A stretch of 63,340 bases of DNA, filler included, from Chrysochromulina tobinii (lineage: Eukaryota): the NCBI GenBank assembly GCA_001275005.1. It is 8 parts of 8 records of this genome, joined end to end, with 100 filler letters (N's around TTAATTAATTAA, not from the genome) between each part and the next. Parts side by side here need not be neighbours in the genome. Positions count along the whole stretch, not along the records: positions 7,056 to 24,602 come from JWZX01000170.1; 7 more parts are not named here. One strand, 5' to 3'. This document shows positions 9,952-21,648 of the stretch, piece after piece. Under the pieces are notes generated by a model. That model was not told the origin of the DNA and did no database searches. It saw nothing but the letters and a program-made list of their open reading frames with translations. Made by a program: the position numbers and the translations under genes. How positions within the stretch are numbered: position 1 is the first letter of the stretch; every line of letters starts with the position of its first letter.

Positions 9952-12949
9952 ATGATCCACACCGCCGCCACGTCGCTCGAGGCGCAGTGGATATCGCCAA
10001 AGCGTGGGAAGAAGCTCAGCAGCAGCCTCGAGCCAGGCGCGTCTCTCCGTGAAGCCTACGAGTTGCAGAGGCGCTTTGCCAGCGGCGGCGCTCGACTAAC
10101 GCCCTTTCCCGCTCCTAGGCCACGTCTAGATGCGACCGCATTTCTCGAAGCGCGGCGACGTACGTGGCTTGAGTCGAGGCAGGCCGCAGCTGCACTCTCT
10201 GCTTCGAATCCATCTCGACGACGAGGCGCGTCACCACGAGATGCGGAGGAGGAAGTGTGCCTCGCCGATCTGTGCGCAGACCCCCAATATGATGCGGCGA
10301 TCCTCGAGTCGATCTTTGGGCAAGAGGATGTGGATCGCAATCCCCATGCCGGCATGAGGCAATGGCGCAAGGCATCCCTCGCCATCATCGGATCCAGCCG
10401 CCTGAGACGTCTTGCGGATGCCGATCCGTTGGCCCTGCGGCGAGCGTCCTCGCGTCCAGCCTCGCATCAACATGTGAGCGGTGAGCTTAAGGAGGTGCGC
10501 GCTGATCCAAAGGAGACGCCCAAGCCGCCACCGGTCGAGCCACCGGCAGCGAAGCCGACCAAGAAAGGCTCGAGCACGCTCGGCAAGATCGACCTCGACG
10601 AAGGGCCCGACGCGCCGCCGATCCAGCAACAGATCGCGGCGGCGCTTCGCCGGAATGCGGGCAAGGTGCTCGACCTTTTCCGCGAGTGGGATGCCAACGG
10701 CGACGGCGAGGTGAGCAAGAAGGAGTTTCGGAAGGCGATGCCTGCCATCGGGCTCGATGTGTCGGTCCAGGAGGTCGATGCCCTCTTTGACAGCTGGGAC
10801 AGGGACGGAGGCGGCGCACTCAACTTGAAGGAGCTCAGCAAAGTTCTGAAGAGCCCCCCACCGCCGCTCGCCACAGCGCTGCCCAAGAGCTCAAGCTTGC
10901 CCTCTCTGAGTAAGCTGCCTGCGAGCTCGGGCCTGCCCCGGCTCGGCCAAACAACCAGCCGGGTGCGCATGAGGCTCGCCAGCGAGCTGCGCAACGAGCT
11001 GGACAAGGCGTTGCCGATGAAGAAGGCTGCCCCTCAGATGAACGCCACCGATCTGCGCGAGATGCTTGCAGGGTCGCTCGGCAGCCTCGTCGACGGGTTT
11101 CGTCAGTTCGACACCAACGGCGACGGCAAGGTTGACCTCCAAGAGTTTATCAAAGGCGTGCAGAGCATGGTCGCTTCTAGGGGAGCCAACTGCAGCCCGT
11201 GGTACATCGAGGCCATCTTTGACGATCTCGGTACGATCTCGGCGAGAGCGAAGCACTGTGATCTACCCCTCTATACCCCTCTATGCCGTTCTCCCTGCCT
11301 GCCTGCCTCAGTCCCTCCCTTCCTCCGTAACCGTCTCTCCCTCCCTACTCCCTCCCTCCCTCACTCCCTCCCTCCCTCCCACCTCACGCTCGATTGGAAT
11401 GGCCGCACACAGACTACGACGGCAACGGTTTCCTCTCTTACGACGAGCTACGCTCCACCAAGGTCGCCCATGACGTTATGTAAGCGGGCCACCCTGATGG
11501 TTCAGCCGCGCATGCCTCCGCCGCCAAAGGGCCTCGAGTCGCACGGACGCCAGGTGCTCTAGCACTCTCCTCAAGCGCATATTCGATCACCTCTGATGAC
11601 CTCTGTAGACCTCTGGTGACCTCTGATGACCTCTGTAGACCTCTGATGACCTCTGATGACCTCTGATGACCTCTGATGACCTCTGATGACCTCTGATGAC
11701 CTCTGATGACCTCAGGATGACCTCTGATGACCTCTGATGACCTCTGATGACCACTGATGACCTCTGATGACCACTGATGACCTCTGATGACCTCTGATGA
11801 CCTTATGTTGACCTCAGGATGACCTCTGGCATTGCCTTGCATGCAGGTGCTCGAGCTCCTGAATCAGTTCGAGGAGATTGAGAATGCGAAGGTGCTTGGC
11901 AACGTCGCTGCGGCCGCTGCGGCCGACTCAGCCATCGGGCGGCGCAATCGTGCAGAGGCATTCGATATGATCATACGCCAGTTCTTTGCGAGCGAGTCGA
12001 CACAGGCGGTCCTGCAGCTTCAAGAGTGGGTCCAACAGATACGGGAGCAACGCACGCGAGCCAAGGACGCAAGGATGCGGGAAGCGGACTCGGTGCTCAT
12101 CGCGTCGCTCGACACGGACGGGTACGAGTGTGCGGCTCAGCCGACTGCGCCACCCCCTTCCCTCCCACACCATGGTGACGAACTTACCCCTGCGCTCACT
12201 ATGCGGTGTTCTGAGGGCGCGTGCTGTTTGGTGATTCATGTAGGGACGGCACGATTAGCATCAACGAGTTCGTAGAGCTTTGGAAGACGACCGGCCTGTC
12301 GAAGCCAGTGCTGCGCCAGCACTTTCGCCGAAGAGACCTCGGTAACGTGGGACAGGCGACAGCTCAGCCAGCCCCCAGGCTTGGATGCAAGTGCTCACCA
12401 CGGCGCCCTCTCTTCCTAACTCTCTTCCCCACAGGTAACGTGGGACAGCTCAGCCAGCCCCAGATGCTCGAGGTACTGCGCGAGCTCAGGGCGGAGGTGA
12501 AGCAGCAGAAGGCACGCGAGAAGGCACAGGCGGAACTTGCCCTCGCGGGCGGCCTTACGCTTCCAGCAAGGCGTGCGGACTTGCCTGATGCCGAGCTGCC
12601 TGCGGACTTGCCCTCCGCCAGTCCGCAGAAGAGTCCGCAGAAGGCTGTTGCCGCAACAAGCACGCCGCCGCCTGCTCGGAGCTTCGGAGCTTGCATGCAA
12701 GTGCTCACCCCGGCGCCCTCTCTTCCTAACTCTGCTCTGAGCTTCGGAGCTCACTTGACATTGGAGGACCACGGGCACTCGGCTCGAGTGGGCGCTCCAT
12801 TGGGCGCTCCGTTGGAGCAGCCCCCGCGCGAGGGCGAGCTCATGCTGAAGAAGTACCAGGAAGAGAAGGTGGCTCAAAGGAGGCCGCAAAGGCCTTCGCG
12901 AGGTACTTTCTCGATCAATGAAGCTCTACGAGATCGCCAGGCGCCGTGA
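9952..12949 (+). CDS. Multi-EF-hand calcium-binding protein (introns 11231-11412, 11463-11846, 12122-12243, 12342-12434)
   Basis: EF loops DANGDGEVSKKEF, DRDGGGALNLKEL and DTNGDGKVDLQEF, plus spliced DYDGNGFLSYDEL and DTDGDGTISINEF. Confidence 0.85.
11586..11828. repeat. Intronic 10-bp minisatellite (ACCTCTGATG)n, ~24 units
   Basis: Read directly. Confidence 0.95.
12342..12434 (+). mobile_element. Introner-like intron with shared core tgcaagtgctcaccacggcgccct...ccccacag
   Basis: Core recurs at 12692-12731 and 59119-59165; the intron 5' end duplicates the start of the downstream exon. Confidence 0.7.
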
Positions 12950-13819
12950 TGGGCGCAGATGAGGAAGAGTATAGAGGAAGAGTAGAGGAAGAGAGGCGCC
13001 GACGGCATCTGAATCGATGTCGGTACTTGCAGCGGCACGTGCCTAAGCCGTGGCATCAGATTGCATACGAGATCAGATTGCATCAGATTGCTTGGGATTG
13101 CATGCCCAAGCCGTTGCATCAGATTGCATGCGAGGACGAGGCATTTCACGCCCACCGGCGTGCAGCCATCACAATTGTGTACCGCTTCATGTGCGTCAAC
13201 GCGTGGAGCACAGCTGGCGCGACACGCGGCGGCACCAGTCCGCGGAAGGAGCGCCGGTTCGGTTGCAAGCGTGCTGGTCCCCTCGAATACATCGGTCTGG
13301 AGCGGCACGGTGTCTGAGGTGTGAGGTCCGGCACATGTGCTTGCCTGTGACTAAATCAAACGTTCAGTGTCACGCGACGCGGACGGTATGTGGCCGCTTA
13401 AGTATCTCAAAATACAAAAAGGACTCGGTGAGCGTACGATGGTCGCGATGCGCTTGTATGTGCTCTCGTTTCCGCGATGTCGGCTTCTCACATGCGGTGT
13501 GGTATGGTTGGGGCACACCGATTGTAACTCAGCATGCTCGACGTTGTGACATTGTGTGTTGTGGCGCCGTGGGGACCCGCGCGGGCCCTCGACCACCGCC
13601 TCTGCCGTCCGGCCGGCAGAGCGCCCCCGACCACCCTCCGCCGCCTCCGCCGCCTCCGCTGCCTCCACCGCCTCCGCCGCCCAAGCCACCCCAGCCGCCT
13701 CCGCCGCCTCTGGCGCCCCCGCCGCCCCCGACGACCATGCCTCTGCCGCCTCAGCAATCGCCGTCTCTGACAGCGGGATTTTGAAGCCGCACTGCTCACG
13801 TGATCTGAGCCGTCCCCAC

Positions 13820-14848
13820 TCAAAGATCTTGGAGCTTCTCACGACTGATCCTTCGCTTGAACAAGCTTCGACTGGTGCCGAGACTAGCCATGGCTGACAG
13901 GGCATCTCCAGATAAACGTCGCACCCGGAAGGACATGCCGCTGCCAGGGCTGTCGCTCTCTTCAAGCCGACGTCCATCGGGATCAAGGGACTGGAGTTTG
14001 AGATGGCTCTCTTTGACGAAAGGCTCGAGCCACTCGGGCTTGACCCCACACATGATGGCATATTCACGCAGCTCAGGTACATTGTGGAGTAGGTGTCGCA
14101 GCGTGTTTTCACCGAGCTCCTGCGCCGCGGGGACGGCGTGGTGTGCATGCATCGCGTCCGCGACCGCCTTGAGCGCCCCAGCATTGGCCGCACTCTGCCG
14201 CCGATGGATGGCCGCTTCATCTTCTCCGTAGCAGCAGTTCTGGAGGGCGATGCAGCCCATTTCCTGTACCTCCGCGTTGCGGCCCATCCGGATCATCGCA
14301 TTCACGACCGCGACAAGAGCGCCCGACGACACGGACTTGTTGCGGTGCTCATTTGCAACGCGCGAGTTCAGATTGACAATGGCGGCAAGGCCCTGCAGTT
14401 GCACGTTCACATGAAAAGGCAGCGCCTTCATCGCCTCCACGACTGCCGCGGAAGCCCCTAGCTTCTGACACTCGTTCAGCTGTGCGGTCTCGCGGCAGAG
14501 GACTCGCACACGCATACAGCAGATCTCCATGGTCGTGTGATTGAGAGGCTTGGCCTGCACTGCCTCTTTCAGCGTCTTCACAACATCTGCCGGCACCATG
14601 TTGTCTATTTCAGCAACGGGCACTTCTGCTTCGCCGCCGTCGATGGCCCCCCCCTCTGTCACCATACTTAAGCCGGCAGACTTTCTCAGTATCTCCTCCT
14701 CCTTGATCTGTATGCGCCTCCTGATCTCGTCTTCGAGCTCCTTGTCTTCGGGCTGCTGCTCACGCAGCTCGCCGAGCGCCTGCGTACTCAAAGTCGAGTA
14801 TTTTGAGCTGATCTCCGAGAGGCTAACCGCGCTCAGCTCCGCACCCAT
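13820..14848 (-). CDS. Armadillo/HEAT-like repeat protein
   Basis: Repeats GASAAVVEAMKALP..VQLQGLAAIVNL, GALVAVVNAMIRMG..VQEMGCIALQN and GALKAVADAMHAH; possible MGAELS myristoylation-type start. Confidence 0.7.
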   Translation of the reverse strand: MGAELSAVSLSEISSKYSTLSTQALGELREQQPEDKELEDEIRRRIQIKEEEILRKSAGLSMVTEGGAIDGGEAEVPVAEIDNMVPADVVKTLKEAVQAKPLNHTTMEICCMRVRVLCRETAQLNECQKLGASAAVVEAMKALPFHVNVQLQGLAAIVNLNSRVANEHRNKSVSSGALVAVVNAMIRMGRNAEVQEMGCIALQNCCYGEDEAAIHRRQSAANAGALKAVADAMHAHHAVPAAQELGENTLRHLLHNVPELREYAIMCGVKPEWLEPFVKESHLKLQSLDPDGRRLEESDSPGSGMSFRVRRLSGDALSAMASLGTSRSLFKRRISREKLQDL

Positions 14849-15116
14849 ACAATCTCGTGTTGGTTGCAGAGTGCGAGCGAGCGAAGGGTTGCCCAAAAGG
14901 CAAACTCCGACGACAAACTCATTATGTTTCGTCAGTCTGCAATCTGGATGTCCAGGTCTTAAATAACTGCGAACAAACAAGGACTTGTTTGCGGACGCCT
15001 CGAGGAGAGGCGGGTGGCACTATCGGCACGCGTAAGTTGGTTGGTGCAAAACATCATCCAAAAACGGAATTCGGCATACGCGAAAACCCGCGCTCCGTGT
15101 CAACCTGTCAGAGTCG

Positions 15117-16016
15117 ATGTCACGCGATGAGGCCTATGTCGATCTCGATGCCTTGTGCGAGATGCTGAGTATGCATGCCTGTTGCTCACGCCTCTCTGCC
15201 TGCGATGTACTCACACTTGTCTCTTCCTCCTCCGTAGAATGCAGCTGGCCCGATGGCGAGTCGGGATCATCCATCTCCACCGATGCGTCGCCACTCGCCT
15301 CGGACGCAACAGAAGAGATGCCACTTGACCATCCGGAGCTGACACCGGTTGTCGTCGAATTCACGACACACGAGCCGCAAGTGTCGATCCCCATTCTTGC
15401 CTCTACCGTTGTACAACCTGGTCGCGTGCTCGCTCCAGTCAAGCAAGATCCGAGGGTGCTCGTGCCGCCCGAAACTCGCCTCGTGCTTGCGGTTCACAAG
15501 TGCGAGGAGGAAGAGGAGGAAGAGGAGGAGGAGGAGGAGGAGCACGAAGACGATCAGACTGGAGAGACCGGCTCATGGCTGCTCAAGCAGGGCGCACAAA
15601 AAGGAGGGCCCTCGAAGCCGCAGTTCAAGGATGAGGCGATGCGTGTGCTCTACGAGTGCGAGCAGATGCTGCTGCAGGGGAAGGGTGGCGCCCTCTCGAA
15701 TCGCGATCGAGTCCTGAAGGATATCGCACAGCTTAAGCGGCGCTACAGCCGAAGCACAAGTGCGAGCGCACCTTCACGCTCCTCGATCATGCGTCAGCGT
15801 CGCTACTCGCTCGGCATCGACGCTCGCCGTGTGCTCAAGACGTGGGTTGAGGACCACCTCGAAGATCCATACCCCAGCGTCCAAGACAAGCAGCAGCTGG
15901 GCGCCGCCACGCAACTCACCATGAAGCAGATCAACGACTGGTTCACAAACTACCGCAAGCGTCACTGGGCAGACGAGATGGACTCGATGATGGCCGTGCA
16001 CGATGACGAGCAGTGA
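15117..16016 (+). CDS. TALE-class (KN) homeodomain transcription factor
   Basis: RRVLKTWVEDHLEDPYPSVQDKQQL...QINDWFTNYRKRHW with PYP loop; poly-E tract. Confidence 0.92.
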   Translation: MSRDEAYVDLDALCEMLSMHACCSRLSACDVLTLVSSSSVECSWPDGESGSSISTDASPLASDATEEMPLDHPELTPVVVEFTTHEPQVSIPILASTVVQPGRVLAPVKQDPRVLVPPETRLVLAVHKCEEEEEEEEEEEEEHEDDQTGETGSWLLKQGAQKGGPSKPQFKDEAMRVLYECEQMLLQGKGGALSNRDRVLKDIAQLKRRYSRSTSASAPSRSSIMRQRRYSLGIDARRVLKTWVEDHLEDPYPSVQDKQQLGAATQLTMKQINDWFTNYRKRHWADEMDSMMAVHDDEQ

Positions 16017-16564
16017 AAGAGGTGGTGCTGATGACATCACCGAAAATCCAAAGGAATGCGAAGGAACGCGACTGAAGTCAGACGGCGAACGCGGATGCAA
16101 CATGCAGCAAAACAAGTGTGTTAGACGGCCGTCCGCATGGGCACGCCGCGCATGGGCCGTTGCGAAAGCGTGGTCCGTGGTTTGAGAAATACGCCACGCA
16201 GGCTGGGCCACGGGCATGGCCACGGGGCGACGGGGGAAGCGGACACTGCCGACTCAGGCGTCTTGGTGGCTCGTGGCACTCGACTGCGGCGTGCGAAGGC
16301 TGGCGGCTGATCGAAACAGAAACCCAGAAACCATGACCCAGTCCCAGAACAGATCTACACGACACAGATCTGTGCTCGATGCTATAACAAAGAATGCGCC
16401 ATGGAATGCGCACAGGCACACAGCACGGTGTGACGTAGTCGACATGGATGGATATCAATGCAGTTGTATGAGTTGCGGCGTGCGTGAGTTCTCCCAGCGG
16501 TGTGTGTAGCGTGTGCGTGTAGATTTCTCAGCCGCGTAGTAATCTGTTGACGGAGCACTTGAGC

Positions 16565-18367
16565 TCAATCGAGATATTCGTGCTGGACGCGCTTGCGTGC
16601 CCCGCCGCCCTTGCCGCCGCGGCCGCGGCCGCCCTCACGGCCGCCGGCCACGACGGCTGCCGTCGCGGGCGTGCTAAGAACGTAGCCGCTGCCACCGCCT
16701 CTTCCGCCCCCCCTTCCGCCGCCACCCCCCTTGCCGCCGCCCTTGCCGCCGCCCTTGCCGCTGCTGCCGCCCTCGTCGCCAGCGAAGCCAGCCCAATTCG
16801 ATTTGGGTGGGTTGGGGTAGTCCACGCCGATCGTCACGCCGCACCGCTGCTGCTCGTCGCGCGAGAGCGTCCATGGCTCGTGGATCTTGGCCGCCGGTAC
16901 CTCCTTGAGCTCTGGCAGCCAGTGGCGCACATACGCACCGTCCGCGTCGTAGTCCTTGCTCTGCTTCACGATGTTGAACCGGTTGACGCGCCCGCCCGTC
17001 ACGCCCGCCGCCGAGGCCCAATTTCCCCAATTCGAGGCCACGTCATAGTCGAGTAGCGTCTCTTCGAACCATGACGCGCCCGTGCGCCAATCGAGCGCGA
17101 GATCGAGCGCGAGATACGATGCGACATTCTGGCGACCGCGATTGGACATGAAGCCGGTGGCGGCGAGCTCGCGCATGTTCGCGTCGACGAGCGGCACGCC
17201 CAGCCGCCCCTCCTTCCATCTCTGCAGCAGCTCAGGGTTTGAGACCCATTTTGAGCGCACGCGCGCCGGCCCTTCTATATGAAAGATCGCGTCGCCGTGC
17301 TTCGCGGCGTAGAGGCGGAAGAAATCTCGCCAGAGGAGCTCAAAGACGAGCCAGTAGGTCGACTTGTTCTTCACGCGCTGCTTCTCGTACTTGGCGCACT
17401 CGGCTGCCACGAGCCGCGGCGAAAGGCACCCGTGCGCGAGCCAAGGGGCAAACTTGCTCGAGTAGTCTGCGCCGAGCATGCCGTTACGCGTCTCAAAGTA
17501 GGTGCCGAGGCAGTCGGCGTCCCAAATGTAGTGCTGGAGACGCGCGAGGGCGGCACGCTCGCCGCCCGGGAAGGGCATCGCGCCGCGCGGGTCGGGAGTC
17601 GCGGCGCTCGTCACCTCCTCCGAACTGAATCCCAGCGCGCTGAGCGACGGCATCGAGTCGAAGCCGGCGCCGCCGACAGCGGCCGCAGCGGCAGCAGTAG
17701 CCACCGCGCCGGCGTTGGCGGGCAGCGGGAGCGAGCCGGGCTTGGGCGATGCGAGAGGTGGAGGGATTACGAGTTTCGCCTCGACCTTTGTGCGGAACGG
17801 CGTGAACACGTCCGGCATTGATGCGTAATCGTCGCCGAACATTGTCTTCAAATTCTCGTCGTCGTACATCGTGCCCGAGAAGATGGTGCGGAGCGCCGGC
17901 GCGGACGCGGATCCATGCGCCTTTTTGAGTGCGCTCACAACCGCACGGTCGACGCGCAGCTCTTCGGAGGTGAGCTGCTGCTGGGTGACAAATGTTGTGG
18001 GTCCGGCGCTCGCTGGCTGCACGAGTGTAGGCAGCAGTTCCTCTGGCTTGCCCACGGCGACGAGAAGGTCGGAGCCGCATGCGCGGAGCGAAGAGCGCAG
18101 GTCGGCGACCGATTCGCACATGAACTTGGCACGGAGCACGCCCGTCTTCGCGCAGCCGAAGCTGTGCGGCGCGTCCTTGGCAAAGTGGCGCGGGTCAAAG
18201 CAGTAGACGGGCACAATCTCCTTAGCGCCGGGCAGCGCAGCGATCTTGTGGAGGACCGGGTTGTCATGCATACGCAGGTCGGAGCGAAACCATACGACGA
18301 AGCGCGGACGCGACGAGGTGAGCGCTGCGGTGGCCGCGGTAAGCGTCGCAGCCGCGGCGACCGACAT
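16565..18367 (-). CDS. CRYD: Cryptochrome DASH (photolyase/cryptochrome family) with G/RGG-rich tail
   Basis: WFRSDLRMHDN, YFETRNGMLGADYSSKFAPWLAHGCLSPR, STYWLVFELLWRDFF, TGFMSNRGRQNVAS, LLDYDVASNWGNW. Confidence 0.96.
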   Translation of the reverse strand: MSVAAAATLTAATAALTSSRPRFVVWFRSDLRMHDNPVLHKIAALPGAKEIVPVYCFDPRHFAKDAPHSFGCAKTGVLRAKFMCESVADLRSSLRACGSDLLVAVGKPEELLPTLVQPASAGPTTFVTQQQLTSEELRVDRAVVSALKKAHGSASAPALRTIFSGTMYDDENLKTMFGDDYASMPDVFTPFRTKVEAKLVIPPPLASPKPGSLPLPANAGAVATAAAAAAVGGAGFDSMPSLSALGFSSEEVTSAATPDPRGAMPFPGGERAALARLQHYIWDADCLGTYFETRNGMLGADYSSKFAPWLAHGCLSPRLVAAECAKYEKQRVKNKSTYWLVFELLWRDFFRLYAAKHGDAIFHIEGPARVRSKWVSNPELLQRWKEGRLGVPLVDANMRELAATGFMSNRGRQNVASYLALDLALDWRTGASWFEETLLDYDVASNWGNWASAAGVTGGRVNRFNIVKQSKDYDADGAYVRHWLPELKEVPAAKIHEPWTLSRDEQQRCGVTIGVDYPNPPKSNWAGFAGDEGGSSGKGGGKGGGKGGGGGRGGGRGGGSGYVLSTPATAAVVAGGREGGRGRGGKGGGARKRVQHEYLD

Positions 18368-18618
18368 GTGGACTGCCGAGAATTTCTCGGCAACTTCTAT
18401 GAAATTGACCGAGAGGCAACACCCCAACGCGTGATTCCACAAATCACGCTCGCCAGAGCGAATCGCTGCAATTTGTTGGGTGACTCGTGACCTCAACTCG
18501 GCTGCTTTAGAAATTGCATCTTTTCTCTAAAAAGGATCCGATCCACAACTTGCCATCTTTTGGATCCACTCCGCGCGACCGAGACGTGCTTGGGAGGGCT
18601 CGACGGATTTTCGGGTGC

Positions 18619-20577
18619 ATGTCCAATGTGTCCAATGCGCCAATGCTAGTCAACGGGTCGTTGTTGTCCAATGAGTCGTCTTGGCTTGGTGCGGACGCTC
18701 CCTTGGACCTTGCCGTCGTTTGCAAAGCGCTGCCCTCGTGGGGCCTCGCGGTCGGTGTGCTGATGGGCGTAGCTGGCTCGGTCGGCATCAACATCGGGCA
18801 GAACATCCAGGCCATGTCAATGCAGAAGCTCGATGAAAAGGGCCTCGCGCGGCCATGGACCAGCAGGGGCTGGAGGATAGGTATGTGGATGTTCATCATT
18901 TTCTCGATCATCAACTTTGCCGCCCTTGCATTCGCGCCCGCATCCATCCTCACGCCGATCGAGTCGATCCAGTTTGTCACCAACGTGGCGTTCAACCGGA
19001 TCGTGAACAAAACCAAGGTGTCACGGCGCATGCTCGCCGGCGTTGGGTTGTCCATAATCGGCACGTGCCTCTCTGTTGTTTGCGGCCCACCGGGCGACAG
19101 CTGCCACACGGTCAAACAGCTGACCGAGTTCTGGTCTGCCAATCCGACGTGGTGGTTCTACCTCGCCCTCACGGGCGGGCTGGCCGTGGGCTCGTACGTG
19201 TACCACGAGAGAGCCATGAAAGCGCGTAAGGCCGAGAGTTTAGCCAACGACGGAATCGAGGGGAAGCCGAGCATATGGTTGCCCTTGAGCTTCACACTCT
19301 TCTCGGCGCTCGCGGGCGGCGCACAGATGATTGTGCACTCCAAGGTGTTCTCGGAGCTCCTCGCGGCGCTGTTCCAGGGCAATTACAGCATGTTGTTGAC
19401 GTGGCTCTTCTACATCGAGATCATCCTTGTCGTGAGCTGCGGCATCCTTTGGGCCTTCAAGTTGACAGAGTGCCTCGGCTTGTACGACCCGCTTGTCATC
19501 CTGCCTCTGATGGTCGGGACTTTCATCCTCTTTGGGGGGGTGGCGGGCGGCATCTTCTTCCGAGAATTCGAGCGTCTGCACGAGGGGCTCGCAGGCCCGG
19601 CTGGCTGGCCGCTCTACATCATCGGCATGATCCTCGTCATCTGGGGTCTCGCTCTCATCGCCTCGGATTCGCCTGACCAGAGCGACACCGTGAGGAATGA
19701 CATCGATAATGACACGCTGAAGCTTGAGGAGGTGCAGGAGGTCGTCAGGGACGAGCTCGGGCGACTACGCTACAGTACCCGAAAAGACAGCACAGGCTGG
19801 CAGGTGATCAGGGATGCTTTGAGACCGACGGATCATTGGAATGACATTGGATTGAACCCTGAACATTCGCGCATGGCGCAAAGGAGCTACGCCCCCGGCG
19901 ACGGCCATGATCTGCCGCCGCCGGCGTACGAAGGAGAAAACCTGCCTGGCGGTCATCGTCGGACACCGTCGGACCCCAATGCCGCTGGTTTTGCAGCGGC
20001 GAGGCATCGTCGGACACCTTCGGACCCCGCGAAGGCAAAGTACGTCCTGTTCCCTTTTTCTTCGCGAGATGCCCTGGGCGCGTCTCGCGAATCGTCTGCA
20101 CGAGAGCGAAGTCCGGAAGAGGAGCGCAGATGGCAGCTACAACGCCAGGCGTCCCAAGCGATTCTAAAGGACAATCGGCGACAGGCTCTGAAGCAGCAGC
20201 TGGTGCTGCATCGCGCAGCCTCGTCAGCACAGCTGCCGGCACCGTTCGCCATGCAAAGGGCGGGCTCGAAATTGCCGCGCCTGCGCGAGAGCATGCGGGA
20301 AGCACTCCACCAAGCCGACACCTCGAGCGAGAAGCTGAGGCGCATCGTGCACTCAACTGGCGCGAGCATGCAGGCGCATGTGAATCATGGTGTCTCCGGC
20401 ATGGGACAGTCTGTGCAGCTGACCAGCACGAACGCGCAAGAGGCCGCCCGGGGCGGCCTGGGCGCGTTATTGCGGTTTGTGGGCGGTGGCGAGGCGCCCA
20501 TCACGGCGCCGGCGCCGGCGACCGCGGCGCCGTCATGGGCGTCGTTGCCCGAGACGGACCATGGAATGAGCGCATGA
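18619..20577 (+). CDS. NIPA-family (DMT superfamily) magnesium transporter with long C-terminal tail
   Basis: GINIGQNIQ, INFAALAFAPASILTPIESI, ~9 TM segments, GGIFFREF. Confidence 0.88.
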   Translation: MSNVSNAPMLVNGSLLSNESSWLGADAPLDLAVVCKALPSWGLAVGVLMGVAGSVGINIGQNIQAMSMQKLDEKGLARPWTSRGWRIGMWMFIIFSIINFAALAFAPASILTPIESIQFVTNVAFNRIVNKTKVSRRMLAGVGLSIIGTCLSVVCGPPGDSCHTVKQLTEFWSANPTWWFYLALTGGLAVGSYVYHERAMKARKAESLANDGIEGKPSIWLPLSFTLFSALAGGAQMIVHSKVFSELLAALFQGNYSMLLTWLFYIEIILVVSCGILWAFKLTECLGLYDPLVILPLMVGTFILFGGVAGGIFFREFERLHEGLAGPAGWPLYIIGMILVIWGLALIASDSPDQSDTVRNDIDNDTLKLEEVQEVVRDELGRLRYSTRKDSTGWQVIRDALRPTDHWNDIGLNPEHSRMAQRSYAPGDGHDLPPPAYEGENLPGGHRRTPSDPNAAGFAAARHRRTPSDPAKAKYVLFPFSSRDALGASRESSARERSPEEERRWQLQRQASQAILKDNRRQALKQQLVLHRAASSAQLPAPFAMQRAGSKLPRLRESMREALHQADTSSEKLRRIVHSTGASMQAHVNHGVSGMGQSVQLTSTNAQEAARGGLGALLRFVGGGEAPITAPAPATAAPSWASLPETDHGMSA

Positions 20578-20578
20578 C

Positions 20579-20660
20579 AAGAAGGTTTTGGGGATGCCGA
20601 TCGGATGACGAAACTGACTAAGAAGGTTTTGGGGATGCCGATCGGATGACGAAACTGACT
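20579..20660. repeat. Perfect 41-bp tandem duplication just after the stop codon
   Basis: aagaaggttttggggatgccgatcggatgacgaaactgact x2. Confidence 0.95.
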
Positions 20661-21648
20661 GAAACGGCGGGGCCATCACCATCGCGTGCAGCATCGCCAC
20701 CGCCGTCGGCGCCGCTGGCGATTGCGACGGGTGCGACGGTTGCAGCGCTGGCGCCGGCGCCCGTCCCGAACAAAACCATCTGGCTGGCTTTCTTCCATGG
20801 GCACAAGGGATGGCGAGCCTGACGCCCCTCATCTCCCCACATGGACTTAACATGGACTGCATTCCATATACGTGCGCAAGGGATGGCGTGCCTGACTAAA
20901 TTCATGTGCAGATGTGCTTCCGATGGTAGCCATCCCCGAGCCACCCCCCAATGTCATCTCAGCAAGACGGGAATCTGTTCCTGATCTCATCACTATGAAA
21001 GTCGAAAAGCGGCGGCCGTGGAAGTTCGTCACTACGACCTGGGAAGTGGAAACAGAATGGGATATAGGGTAGGCGGTAGGCTTGGCTTGCCTTGGCACTT
21101 TGTGCTGAGCCGCGGAGCGCGCGCGGTTCCGGTTGGCTGTGCTTCGCGCGTGCCGTGAGTGTGAGAGCGCTGCGAACGTGCAGGCGCGGTAAGAGTATCA
21201 CGTAGGTTCGACACGGGGGACCTCGTTACCTACCCGCTGACTGACTCCGGGACCGCGTGACCTCTCTCCTCTACACTGATTCGACTTTCAAGCTTTGACG
21301 ATTTGTCTCGTCATGTCACTGATTTAGAGGGTCACAGGAAGGCGACCACGGCGCCAGGTCGTGACTGTGAAGGACGGTGAGCGCGGGGGACCGCGAACGA
21401 AACTCAATTGTCCGCGACAAGTGGTGCCTACCCATTGACGAAACTCGCTGACTGAGAGGAGTGAGTGCGTGTCTCTGCCCAAGATGTGGCTCGTCCTTAT
21501 GAGGGGAGCGGAGCCGTCCGTCGAGACGGTGGTGGAGTGAGCGTGGGGGGACCGCGAAGAAACTGAAACTGAGAAACTGATCTTTCGGGAAAGTGCCGTG
21601 GAGCTTGTGAGAGAAAAAGGGTTCACACGTGTCAGCCCGGCTACAAAG

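Noticed and set aside
11586..11828. Minisatellite as a CRISPR array or CTGATGA hammerhead array
   Set aside because: No unique spacers, no cas genes, no GAAA/stem arrangement; it is an intronic minisatellite
15117..18367. Homeobox plus cryptochrome (and LOV relic) as a light-signalling cluster
   Set aside because: Convergent neighbours with no shared features; the LOV relic is on another contig
21377..21404. Hammerhead ribozyme
   Set aside because: Has a stem plus GAAAC but lacks the CUGANGA core and stems I/III
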